Source: Octopus sinensis (Eukaryota). From it: DNA of 64,000 nucleotides. Location: the NCBI RefSeq assembly GCF_006345805.1, contig NC_043006.1, positions 45,384,001-45,448,000 on the forward strand, given 5' to 3'. The stretch's first letter is position 1. Each line of letters opens with the position of its first letter. The notes under the pieces were generated by a model. The model was given only the letters and a program-made list of their open reading frames with translations, was not told the origin of the DNA and searched no databases. Of the stretch, positions 12,475 through 24,501 are shown one piece after another. Both the position numbers and the translations under genes were made by a program.

Positions 12475-12561
12475 CTCATCATCAGGACTTTGTTTTCTAG
12501 TAACTTTTTCAACAATGCCTATTTTTGCACGCGTAAAGAAACCGACTGACTTATTTTCCAT
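12475..12561 (-). CDS. Candidate first coding exon, MENKSVGFFTRAKIGIVEKVTRKQSPDDE, resembling an N-BAR (amphiphysin/endophilin-type) N-terminus
   Basis: aaaaATGG start context, phase-0 donor GAG|GTGTTG, position at a CpG-rich to CpG-poor boundary; gapless register with recalled N-BAR starts (inference; no exon 2 found). Confidence 0.4.
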
Positions 12562-13079
12562 TTTTAAATTTCCTCTTTCGTAACTTAAACTTCGGCGTAT
12601 CCGATTTTTCATCCTAACATTTTCAGGAATATTTTAAATTGCATCGGACATCGAATATATTTGTCAGAAAATGGGCATTACAATACATAATTTACATCGA
12701 AAGATCGCTAGTCGTTGAATGTTTTTTTATTTTTTTTTATGTTAATTTCACTTTCTCCCTTAGCAAAATGGTAACTGAAACACACATCTATCTAATACTC
12801 ACACACACATTTTGTGAGGACTTTCTGTTAATTCTAATGTTATGATAAATAACTGACACTTGTTAGCTTTATGTATCCCATTAAAAACGTGATAATCTTT
12901 TCACCATGAATTATTTCCTTTTGCTTTCGTTCATTCATTATTCTGGACGTATGTGTTAGAAATATAAATCTATATCTCTATGCATGTCAGTCTTACAGAA
13001 TTAAGAACCGATGTATATAAAATAAAATACGAGAGGAAATATTACAGCCACATAAGGCAAAATATATTTCTTAATTATC

Positions 13080-13466
13080 GAACCAATGCGGGATCTTTTA
13101 CCTACGTCGCTGCTCGAGCAGTTTAGAAATAGCAGCCTAAGAACAACACCTACCATCATCTTCGTAAAAGGGAAGGACGCATTACATTATGCATTCCTAA
13201 ATGTCGCTCAAATGACATGGTCACAGATGGAGTACCTTCAATCAGTGCGTGTTACAGCATGAGCACACTGAACAGTTGTTGTTCGGGGACCTCACAAGTC
13301 TAGGGTCCCTGTTCTGATCTATGTACACTAGTTTGCTGTCAATAAATAACATAGGACCCAGTGTATTGACTTACCTGACGGTCTATAAAGCTGCTAAAAC
13401 AGTCACAGCTCTGCTCACTACAATTATAGTTTCAATTTACAATGGAAGTCCCTAATGAGTGCCCTT

Positions 13467-13514
<48 letters not shown>

Positions 13515-14660
13515 TTACAGTTTTACATTTAATGACCTATTATACATCGTGTACCTGAAATAAATTACTTTGAAACACACTCACACACACATTACGTCAA
13601 TTTTCCCTTAGTCATTGACAAAACGATGAATCTTTGACAACAGAAAAATTTAAACTGAAAATCTCCCCTAACAAAACCATTTTTTAATATCCAGAAATGT
13701 TTTTATAACACACACACACACATTAATAATAGGCAGAAGTTACAGAGTGACATTGGCCAAATTTGTGTTTGGTAAGTGCCAATACAAGAAACTCTGCATT
13801 TGACTTACTCTCTAACTTCTGCCGATCACACACACACATACATATAATGCAGCAACAATTTGGGTTTGTTTCTTTTAAATGTGGCATCAACTTTTCCTAA
13901 TATGAATTAGTTATTTTCACTTCCGCTCCTTCGTTCATCAGTCGATGATGTGTAAAAAATCTCATCACGCAATCGAACCAATGAAAGAGCCTCTACCTGG
14001 TCACTCGACACGCTAAAAATAGCAGCCAGACTATCACCCCCTACCTAAATCATACCCCCATTGTACGTAATGTCCTAGATTATCCCTAAAAAGACGGTTT
14101 GCTGAAGGCCGGAATGTCTTTGATAATAGGTTTGCTGCATTAGGGTTGATTTGATGCTAAATAACAACAAAATTATTACTGAGACAGACCAAAGACGGAG
14201 CCTGTATGTGGTTGCATGACCTGCTAGAAAAAGTAGCCAAACTTTTTTATATACAGGATAGAAAAACCTCTATTCTGTGATTAACACGTAGAGTCCATTA
14301 TGTCTGGGAAGAAAGACGGAATGGTCACAGTTGGGACGTCTTTGATCATGTCTGTTCAGTCATCCAACTCGGGACTAAACAACAGGTGACGAAGGGAACG
14401 AGACGAGGCAACAAGAGAGCCTTTACCTGGTCACTCGAGTTGCTAGAAAGAGCAACCAAATCCTCGTGACAAAAAGAAAAGAAATGAAATTTCCGTCTTC
14501 AAGAAAAAAAAATAAAACAAGTTTATATTGTTTTATAATGTTCGCTTAGGAATTCATTACTTCTAGAAAAGAATAAGACAAAATGGTCATGGCTGGAACG
14601 CCTTTTCTCACAGATTCATTACAATCAGAGCTATCCTGTGGTTAAAACAATATTCTTCAC
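13080..14660 (+). mobile_element. Cluster of four diverged family F repeats (...ctgctagaaatagcagcc... ending in an aac-rich tail)
   Basis: Copies at about 13080-13285, 13975-14170, 14190-14385 and 14415-14660; others at 14990-15418 (-), 39050-39260 and 60735-60915. Confidence 0.7.
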
Positions 14661-15064
14661 TGAATGATGAAGCAGTTAGAGTTTAAAAAAAGTTGAAAGA
14701 ATAAAAGATAGCAAGTATCCTATTCCAAATATTGGGATTCCCTTGACTAGCGTAATTTATTCAAATTTTCGTATGAAATAAATAGAAAATGTTATGGGAA
14801 CTCGGTACATATTATTGCTAATATCAAGTGTTGCACGAGAGTAGTTTCACATGTTAAGTGGGCTGATATACTTAATAGGTAGAAATTTGACAAAGGATAA
14901 CATTTACTACAAAACTGAACATTAAAAAATTGCTTGGGAATAAAAGTCCATTCTAGCACATTTTAACCCATTTCTTACAGTGAGTCTCAGGTCGAATAGG
15001 ACTATAATAATAAAAGCCGTCCCAGACTTGACCAGTTCTTCCTCCCAGACAATGTATGATTAAA

Positions 15065-15418
15065 TTATCAAATGTGTCATTCCTCTTAAAGACGGTATGA
15101 CATATACCCTACCGTCTTTAAGAGGAATGACACATTTGATAAAATTCTTGCTATACCGTATCAGGCTTTTGTCACCAAAACTTAAAATTTGCTCACCTGC
15201 CTTCAAGGTGAACATCAGTATGGTCGCTCGATCTGCTAGAAATAGCAGCCTAATCTTCCTCATATACTATATACTAATCTTCCTCATATACTATATGAGG
15301 AAGATTAGGCTGCTATTTCTAGCAGATCGAGCGACCATACTGATGTTCACCTTGAAGGCAGGTGAGCAAATTTTAAGTTTTGGTGACAAAAGCCTGATAC
15401 GGTATAGCAAGAATTTTA
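15065..15418. repeat. Two abutting perfect inverted repeats (33-bp and 127-bp arms)
   Basis: 15065-15097 / 15110-15142 and 15140-15266 / 15292-15418; no mismatches found by eye. Confidence 0.95.
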
Positions 15419-16371
15419 CCTATTGAAATGATTTACATATATGTTTATTGTATGAGTCATATTTTGCTGTTCAATTCCTGTGCATTGTTTGGAATTTGCC
15501 TTCCAAATAACGAAGGAAATATTTTGTGTAGCCTAATAATCGAAAAAAATGTTTTATTATAACTAAATTATAAATTATTAAGAATGAATTTATCCAAAAT
15601 ATTAACTTTTCTATAAATAAACACTCTTCTAAGCACAGTCCGCCTTTAGGTTTTTGTAACCAAAATTTAAGGTTTAATGGCAGGTGTGTCAACAGTCGGT
15701 AACTTAGAACTCTAATAGTTTAAATTCCTGACATCCTCAAATGTGTGTGTGTATACTGACAGACTACAGACGACCTGCTCTGGAACCATTTTATCCCAGC
15801 AGGTGTGCTTGACTTGGAAGTATATTTACAGCTACTGCCATTCTGAAAACTTGTGTGTATGTATATATGCACACCTATGTATGTATGTATGTACTCGTAA
15901 ACATTAGAGAAGGGAATGCTATCTGGAGGAGGGAAGTCTAATTTGGTTTCTTCTGTTTTAATCTAATATTGTCGCCAGAAATGAAATAAGAAGAAGCAAC
16001 AGAAAAGAATGTAAATGAATAATAATCAAGTGAATTGCCAAAGAACGTATATACCTCCTCCTTCTTCACCTCGCCCTCTCAACAGGAGAAAGATAGTGAG
16101 CGCTTTAGTCGCGAAGATCGAGGTCAATGGTTCGAAAAGACAACCTACAAGTGGTTCTTTTATTACATGATATAAAAAAAATATGGTAATAGGACAAACC
16201 TAAGCAACTAACTATTCAACGAACAAAGAAAAGAACCAAAGCAAGGAAAATCGCTAAAGATAACAATAAATAAAATGTAAAACACGTGAACTGAACTGAA
16301 CAAAACCTAGTATATGAAGATTTATATCAATTTTTTTTCTTTCAAGCAATAACGAGGTATAATTATATATA

Positions 16372-16433
<62 letters not shown>

Positions 16434-17439
16434 CCTTGGTAAGGAATTTTACCTCCATATATTTAACGTTATACCAGTATATCGGTAATTTAAATATTTG
16501 CACTGTATTTTCGCCTGTCTTTAAAAAAAAAACTACATATTAGATTCTTTTGTCAATGTCTCTTGCTCATAGTTCCGCGCGCGGATACTTGTCTATTTCT
16601 ATATCTCTAATGGAAGTTGGAGAAATATATTTTTTTCTGGGATAAATGAGGGAGTGAAATTGCCATATTAAAGAAAGTTGTACAATTTCAACTAGGGCTG
16701 TAATAAGGTGTGTGTATACAGCCACACACACTTCCACGTATACTACGGATTTCCTCAGTTTTCAACAAGCAAATCCCTGCACAAAGTATTCGTCGATCCT
16801 GAGTTACAGTAGAAGACACTTAATGAAGGTTCCATGCGCATTGGGATTGAGACAGCTGTCTTTATATGCCCCAGCATGATCACAGCCTTAGGGCTGAAAT
16901 ACATTAAAAAAAAATAATGAATGCATACACACACGATTCTCTCCAATAGCTATCGCCACTAAAACCGTTTCCTCCAGGATATAAGTTGTGGAAGGTGTTG
17001 GAAATGTCGATTAACCTAGAAAATTTATTGTTCTAAACAAAACAAATTATATAAGGAAATCCGAAGGTTTCCTAATAAAATAGTCACACATTCAAGTTTC
17101 CAATGCATGTTAAAAATATATTCCATTGACAACGAACACACAGTATATGTCTAGAATAGCATCGGCAAAAGAGAAAGCCTTTTTCAAAATTGTAAGCTAT
17201 CGGGGTGAAGTAAAAGTGTTACGTTATTTTCGTAAACTGAGGACTTGAGTTTTATAGAGGAATATGAGATACTAAGAAAGAATAGGATAAAACTTTTAGT
17301 TCAATAACGAGTTACTATTTGTTCTCACACACGAGAACGCGTGTTTATGTTAAAAGCATTTAGTTCCAGTGGCATAGATAGAGTGTACGCCATCCGGGGC
17401 AGGCCTTAAGTTTGTTCAACTCTTCCCTTCCCCGAGGCT

Positions 17440-17525
17440 GGGGTAGCCCAAGCTTATACAGGTTTATACAGCGGATTCGAAAGTGCTGCCACGTAGGGCG
17501 ATCCAGATCAGTTGTCCAATAAGAG
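17440..17525 (-). promoter_or_regulatory. Candidate Pol II core promoter (CCAAT, TACGTGG, TATAAA)
   Basis: On the minus strand ATTGG (17520-17516), CTACGTGG (17496-17489) and TATAAA (17468-17463) occur in promoter order in a CpG-rich non-repeat patch; motif coincidence not excluded. Confidence 0.3.
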
Positions 17526-17959
17526 AAACAGGAATGCTTTAGGGCATGCCTGGAGCAGAATGCAAGGCCGAACCCTTCATAAGAGAATATTCATAGTTGC
17601 CGGCAAAGACGACATAAATTCATGTTTTTCATTCGCTTTATGCTCTGTTCCACATTCAATAAGTATATTGTCGTAAGAAGTAACGATAAAGTGATTCGTA
17701 TACCAAAGACTTTATTCAACGAATAGTGCTTTCAGCTCAAAATCCGGTTTTAAAGCAAAGAGCATTTGTCAATCACGTGATACAATTAATAATTACAAGA
17801 ACGTAAAATCGTAACATTCATCCTGCCTTAAGAAAAAATACTAAATGGTGAGATTGTAAAAATAACAAAAGCAAACGACAATTGTATTAATACATCTGGG
17901 TTAGATTTTATGTTTATACAATTTATAATGTAACAATAATAGTAATTCTTTCTCCTATA

Positions 17960-18145
17960 GGCACAAGACCTGAAAACTTTGAGCCGAGGGGGCTAGTGGA
18001 TTACATGTTCTACTTTATCTTATCGACCTCGGAAGAATGAAAGGCAAAGTTGTGCTCGGCGGTATTTGAACTAAACGTATAAGCCCGAAGAGATGCTGCT
18101 AAATATTTTGCTTGTCGCGCTAATGATTCGACCAGTTCGCCAAAA
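17960..18145 (-). mobile_element. SINE family B, degenerate
   Basis: ttatcgacctcggaagaatgaaaggcaaagttg is the reverse complement of the family B centre. Confidence 0.75.
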
Positions 18146-19159
18146 TCACAAATTAATTATTAAATATTTCAGGTGATTTGAAAGTTTTCTTTGACCGATG
18201 AAATTCATCAATGGGAGTAACTAACAAAACAAGGCTTAGCAAAGGACAAAAAATGAGATTGTCGTATTGGAAGGCAGGAGAGTATTTGTGAATCACTTCA
18301 TACCAGATCAAGTTTCTTTGCTCTAGAAGTGCTAATGTTAAGGATGTTGAGAGCTTTAGCTGTTGACTGTTCATGTTGAAGTGGAGTGCAATGATATTTT
18401 CACTCGCCTTAAAATTATTCATGGTTGTGTGTGCACGACACTTGTTACTTGTATATTTCTAATAAAAATTTGACCAATATTTTTTTCTGTGCAGTGATTG
18501 CGTTTTTATGCCGTTGAAGGAGACAAAGAGACATGAGTCTATAGGAGGATGCTTTCGAGGTTTCAGTTTATGGAGTTAAAGCAGAGATAGGTATCCAGGT
18601 TGCATATGGATGATGCTCAGTTGCGGAAGACAGTTCCGTCACGTGACTTTTAGAGCCATCCCCCGCTGCAACATTTTGTTTCGCGGCCCCATCCCTTCAA
18701 TCAAAATTCATAATCTACACACCTTTTATTCATAGCTATATTTTACTTTATTCTATCTGAATGAAGTTTAATATTTCTCGTTATAGTAAGGAACATCTTT
18801 AAAAAAACAAGTTTAATTTATCTAGATCTATAACAAATTTCATTGGGTAAAACTTCCAGATATGAATAAAAGAGCACTTTTATAATCCAGTCAACTTACA
18901 AAGACAAACACGACGCACTTTTCGCTTCGCGAAATCATAGATCAGTTCAGAAAAACCAAGCTGAGATACATCGTGTTCAATAGATATCATAGACAATCCA
19001 CAAAGATTGGTGTACATTCGTGGTACAACAATGTAATATTTTTACAAGGACTTTTGCTGGTACAATGTATTAACACTTTATTTCTTGAAATTTTCACTTA
19101 ACATAGTTTAATTCTTGTTCAACATCTTAACCAAAGTAAATAGATGACTTATCTACGTA

Positions 19160-19727
19160 CGAGGGTGAGTCAAAAGGTAATGCCATTTTGTTTAGGACAG
19201 GTACAATTACCAACACAGGAACATATATCATACATCAAAATGAAGCTCGTTCTCTGTGGATCACATCCCTACTTCTCAACATAGTCACCGTTTCTCTCAG
19301 TAGCAATGTTCCACCTTCGAATGAGAGCTTTTATCCCTGCCCCGTAAAATTCTGTTGACTGTTCTTTGAGCTATTCCTTCACTACAGTTTTCACTTCCTT
19401 GTCCCTGGAATAATTTAGCGCCTTCAGACTATCACCTCTTCGGCTCCATGAAAGAGTGTTTGAGAGGCAAACATTATTCCAGTGACGAGGGAGTGAAAAC
19501 TGTAGTGAAGAAATGGCTCAAAGAACAGTCAACAGATTTTTACGGGGCAGGGATACATGCTCTCATTCGATGGTGGAACATTGCTATTGAGAGAAACGGT
19601 GACTATGTTGAAAAGTAGGGATGTGATCCACAGAGGACTAGCTTCATTTTGATGTATGATACATGTTCCTGTGTTGGTAATTATACCTGTCCTAAAGAAA
19701 ATGGTATTACTTTTTGAGTCACCCTCG
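19160..19727. mobile_element. Fold-back mariner MITE built from two 3' ends
   Basis: TA flanks; inverted arms of about 255 bp; LAPSDYHLFGSMKECLRGKHYSSDE...NGDYVEK* reads on + from about 19415. Confidence 0.92.
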
Positions 19728-20550
19728 TACTTTGATCTTAACATGGGGCCCTTTAACCGCGGGGGCTAGGCCAATGTCTGGTGTGTCAATCTCGACAGTA
19801 GACGCGATAGAGTTGGCTATAGCAAAGATGCAAGCATATGTACATCGATTTTAATATTTTTGAAAGCCATAACAACTTCTTGGGGAATGGAAAACGTGGT
19901 ACATTTCATTAACGGTCTTACCTAGTCAGTAAAATGTACAACCCATATACTCTAAGAAACTATCAACTGCATGATTTGTTTTTTCAAGTTCCGTTTTAGT
20001 AATAGAAACTCTGAAGCATTAAAGAGAAAGTAACCTATCGGATCAGGTTTATGTTGAGGTGTTTAATGCAATAATCAAGGGTAATTGTTTTTCACTAGCT
20101 TCATTTTGATGTATGATACATGTTCCTGTGTTGGTAATTATACCTGTCCTAAAGAAAATGGTATTACTTTTTGAGTCACCCTCGTACTTTGATCTTAACA
20201 TGGGGCCCTTTAACCGCGGGGGCTAGGCCAATGTCTGGTGTGTCAATCTCGACAGTAGACGCGATAGAGTTGGCTATAGCAAAGATGCAAGCATATGTAC
20301 ATCGATTTTAATATTTTTGAAAGCCATAACAACTTCTTGGGGAATGGAAAACGTGGTACATTTCATTAACGGTCTTACCTAGTCAGTAAAATGTACAACC
20401 CATATACTCTAAGAAACTATCAACTGCATGATTTGTTTTTTCAAGTTCCGTTTTAGTAATAGAAACTCTGAAGCATTAAAGAGAAAGTAACCTATCGGAT
20501 CAGGTTTATGTTGAGGTGTTTAATGCAATAATCAAGGGTAATTGTTTTTC
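19637..20550 (+). repeat. 457-bp tandem duplication
   Basis: 19637-20093 appears identical to 20094-20550; AC microhomology at the junction. Confidence 0.95.
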
Positions 20551-21300
20551 ACACACAGCGCCTTTTTCACTGAAACTAGCTATATTGAAATCTTTGACAC
20601 ATGATAGAAATTTTCTGATAAATACTGCATGCAATGATGTCTAACGGCGAATAGATGGATTCATGTTTATTCTGCGAGATATGGTTCATCGCCCGTTGTA
20701 AACATATCACTGCGTTCGTAAAGCCATATAAAAGTCCAGATATACTGATACAATTGCCGCAAGGCTTGAAAAACAGTATGAGGACGCTCTTCAATCACCA
20801 GTAGTCATTGATCATATCGACTTTGCTAAAATACAACTATTCTGATATAGTATAATATCAATTCATCAATGACAGACGCTGGAGAAACATCACGAAAGCA
20901 TGAGTAATAATGTTTGAGAAATCAATGCAGAGGTATCATGTATGGTTTTAGTTTGTTTTGTTTTTTTGTTACAACTTGGCTCTCCACTGTGAATTACTAA
21001 GTTCTATGAGACTTCTTTTATTGAGAAGTCCACTTGCTGCCTTAAGAATTTGGAATCGCCCACATAATACCATCGAGAAGGTGTAGTCGTGAGTTTTACG
21101 TTTGGGGGTTGAATAAAAATAAAATGGTGTAACAGTCAAAATTAAGCAAGCAAAATTTCGCAAGACTAAAGGAACTTCAAGGCCATTAAACTTAAATGCT
21201 CCCCCACGAATGTAGGGATAAAAGAGATGAATGCTGAAATCCGTCCAGTAAAACTCTGAACAGAGACTGTGTGACAAACAATGTCTGCTATTGTACAACT
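19735..21300 (-). pseudogene. Degenerate Ty3/Gypsy pol relic (RT to RNase H)
   Basis: Broken peptides RSLIELSNSQWRAKL (cf. GIIEPSNSPW), IDFS, GLLYGFTNAVICLQRAMNHI (cf. MPFGLxNAPxxFQRxM), IKPDP, AFKNIK and EIDTPDIGL (cf. ETDASDxGL) occur in the expected order. Confidence 0.65.
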
Positions 21301-21389
21301 TTTCATCATATTGAAAGCCAACTTCGTATATTTTCGTAATAGAAGAAAAACTAATGATGAGCTGACGCTACTATAATGTTGCTTTTTTT

Positions 21390-21782
21390 ACCTTTTACTT
21401 GTTTCAGTCATTGGACTGCGGTCATGCTGAAGCCCTTCAAAGAGTTTGGTAGAGCAAATCGGCCACTGTACCTATTGCAAGTCTGGTACTTATTATATAG
21501 GCCTCTTTTGCCGGGCAGTTCAGTTACGGGGATGTTAACAAACCAGCATCGGCTCTCGTTCGATGGTGCTGGAGAAACGCACATACCCTCGCGCGCGCAT
21601 GCACACACACACGACAGACTTCCACTTAGTTGCCGTTTACCAAAGTCAAGTCATTCACAAGGTATTTATTGGTCTGGAACTATAGCAGAAGACACTTGTC
21701 CAAGGTACCATACATTGGGATTGAACCCAAAACTAACTGTTTGCAAAGCGAGCTTCTAAACTACGTAAGCATGCCGGCGCCT
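21390..21782 (-). mobile_element. SINE family A
   Basis: Family A tail, centre and head recognisable. Confidence 0.85.
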
Positions 21783-21932
21783 CTGTATTGTTTTATGATT
21801 AGCTGGCCTGATTAGCAATATCAGCTTCGATAAAGTCACCGGTGTTTCTACAGTCAAGTGAAGCTTAACTGATTGATTGCAAAGTACAACATTAACGAAC
21901 GCATGAGATAAAGGATTTTCAATTAAAGCTGA

Positions 21933-22972
21933 CAACTTGGATTGTAACAGTATCTAACGGGTTCCTGAAGATATTCGCACACCTGTGAAAATGGTGAGCG
22001 TACACTCTAGTGAAATTCCTCCCTTCTTTATTATATATATATACATTCGAACGTAGCAGTTAACAGCTAACCTTTGGGCGCTATTTCGACACCGTAGTGT
22101 CCACCACTCTGATTGGTTGATATTGGCACAATTTGTCTCTTACTCTATCGCGCCAGTATGCAACCTAATCAATCGAGGTTCCTAAATAAGATCACGTGAG
22201 ACAGTCTGTTCCCAATCCGATTTGAGTCTACTGTTACTTATAAAAACTCATCTTCTCCTTGTCTCGAAGTCTTTGGTTCCAGACCTTCTAAGGCCTAACC
22301 ACCGACCACACGACACATCCAGTTCCAGCGACGACGCCAGACCACACCTGTTCAACAGCATTACAGCGACCTCCATCTTCGTCGCCAACCTCGTCAACAA
22401 AATCTCTACGTACTCAGCACCAGCAACACTGCACAGGTTCTAACATAGCACTGTTCGTGAACTACTACACCATGGTTAACAGCAAACATACAACCCACAC
22501 AGATGCATGTAAATATATCAACAAATCTTTCATAAGCCTTCTACGCGGTTGTCTTTCTTTTCCAACTGGCACAATATATATATTATTTCAGCCTTCTGAT
22601 ATGAGTCGATATTAGATGGTCACACTACACGCACAACGGACCACTATCTATAATTGGTGACCACGACCATCTATAATGGTCTTTTTTCTTTTTTTTTTTC
22701 TTCATATCAGACTGGTGATATGCAGCAACTTTTGCTGAACACTTTTTGAATAGTATCTATACTCCCCCAACAGTAACAATAACAATTATGGGAAGCAGCC
22801 GCTGAAATACATTCTTACTTGGGGCCCTCTTTTGCAACAGTAGAGGCATTTCCAAGGATATCCTGATAAACTTGTTGGAGAAGTTCATATATACATTTGA
22901 GATTGGTTTTCAACTTGGATTGTAACAGTATCTAACGGGTTCCTGAAGATATTCCCATACCTGTGAAAATGG
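21933..22972 (+). repeat. 62-bp direct repeat pair (21933-21994, 22911-22972)
   Basis: caacttggattgtaacagtatctaacgggttcctgaagatattc...cctgtgaaaatgg, two mismatches. Confidence 0.9.
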
Positions 22973-23245
22973 CCTAATAAACGCTGGCATTCTCTAGAAT
23001 TAAGTGCAATGTTTTTGCTTGCAATTGTGCTATTTTAAAGACCAACGTTTTATTTTCGACTAGTCTCCAAGTCTGATACTGATCGATATTATTTCAGTAA
23101 CGAATGCATCCATTACCTAATTTATTTTTTTGTATATAATTCACTGTTTTGAAGTTGTATTCACCAGTGACATGGTGGTTGTTGTATAGGGTGTGCTGTC
23201 ACATCCAATACCACCAAATTTCAAACAGGGGTATAACAAAAATTG

Positions 23246-23610
23246 TGTGGTAAGTAGCTTGCTTACCAACCACATAGTTCCGGGTTCAGTCCCATTGCGT
23301 GGCTCCTTGGGCAAGTGTCTTCTACTATAGCCTCGGGCCGACCAAAGCTTTGTGAGTGGATTTGGTAGACGGAATCTGAAAGAAGCCTGTCGTATGTGTG
23401 TGTGCGTGTGTGTGTTTGTGTCTGTCCCCCCACCATCGCTTCACAACCGATGTTGGTGTATTTACGTCCCCGTAACTTAGCGGTTCGGCGAAAGAAACCG
23501 ATAGATTAAGTACTAGGCTTACAAAGAATAAGTCCTGGGGTCGATTTGTTCGACTAAAGGCGGTGCTCCAGCATGGCCGCTGTCAAATGACTGAAACAAG
23601 TAAAACGAAA
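23246..23610 (+). mobile_element. SINE family A, near consensus
   Basis: gtgtggtaagtagcttgcttaccaaccac...gactgaaacaagtaaaa; CpGs largely retained. Confidence 0.92.
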
Positions 23611-24182
23611 AAAAAAAAAGAAGAAAATTAATTAATAAGGTTAATATTTATAAGGAATTTCCCATTTCTGATGGGTGTGCAGCGCACACCTCGCACACTC
23701 GGAATATACACGCTTGGTATTCATTAACCAAGAATTTTAAAGATTAAAGAAGCTGTTCCGGGGGATCCAGTTGGCTGTTGTTTGTGAGTTACAGGCTGAT
23801 GTAACCAATCTCACTCATTAGTTTCATGTAAATATCCTTAGGGGGATTTTATCTGCGATAAATTCGAATATCTCGTGTGATACGAAGTTTACTAGGGCGT
23901 GTGTCTCTCGAAGCCAGGAATACTAGTAAGAAACTTTGCAGAGGTGCCTAACTAGTGTTTGAACTGCGAAGAGACCGACACTAATTGAGAAGGAATTACA
24001 CTAATTATTTGAGGACATATAACGCAGACCAACTTCATTCATTGAACAAGCTGACATTGTTAGTAACAATAAGAAATCTGAATACCAAAAGACTTTATTC
24101 AACGAATAATGATACAGCTCAAAATCCTGCTGAACTACAGATCACTCGCCCGTCACATAACAGATGTTTCAAGCAGAATCGC

Positions 24183-24390
24183 TGGCGGCGAGCTAGCAAA
24201 ATCGTTAGCACGTCGGTCGAAATGCTTAGCGGTATTTCGACCGTCTTTACGTTCTGTGTTCAAATTCAACTGGGGTCGACTTTGCCTCTCATTGCTAGAA
24301 TAAGTATCAGTCGAGCACAGGGGTCGATGTAATCGACTAGTCCCCTGCCCCCGAAATTTCAGGCCTTGTGCCTTTAGTAGAAAGGATTAT
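24183..24390 (+). mobile_element. SINE family B
   Basis: ggcggcgagctagcaaaatcgttagc...gtgcctttagtagaaaggatt. Confidence 0.88.
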
Positions 24391-24501
24391 GCAATAATTT
24401 TAAAATGACCCGATGCCTTTTACACAGTAGACTTCAGTTTTCCCAACACTATCTTACATAAATTTACACACTTCGTACCTTTGTAAGAAACTAGTTAGTT
24501 A

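Noticed and set aside
15060-15426. Two ORFs sharing identical peptide blocks on opposite strands
   Set aside because: A direct consequence of the perfect inverted repeats, not paralogous genes
18153-19100. Open frames and exon-like segments (ASENIIALHF..., LGFSELIYDFAKRK...)
   Set aside because: Phases do not chain and there is no recognisable domain; may be decayed transposon sequence
21960-21995. CTGAAGA...GAAA in the 62-bp direct repeat as a hammerhead
   Set aside because: The intervening 15 nt cannot form stem II
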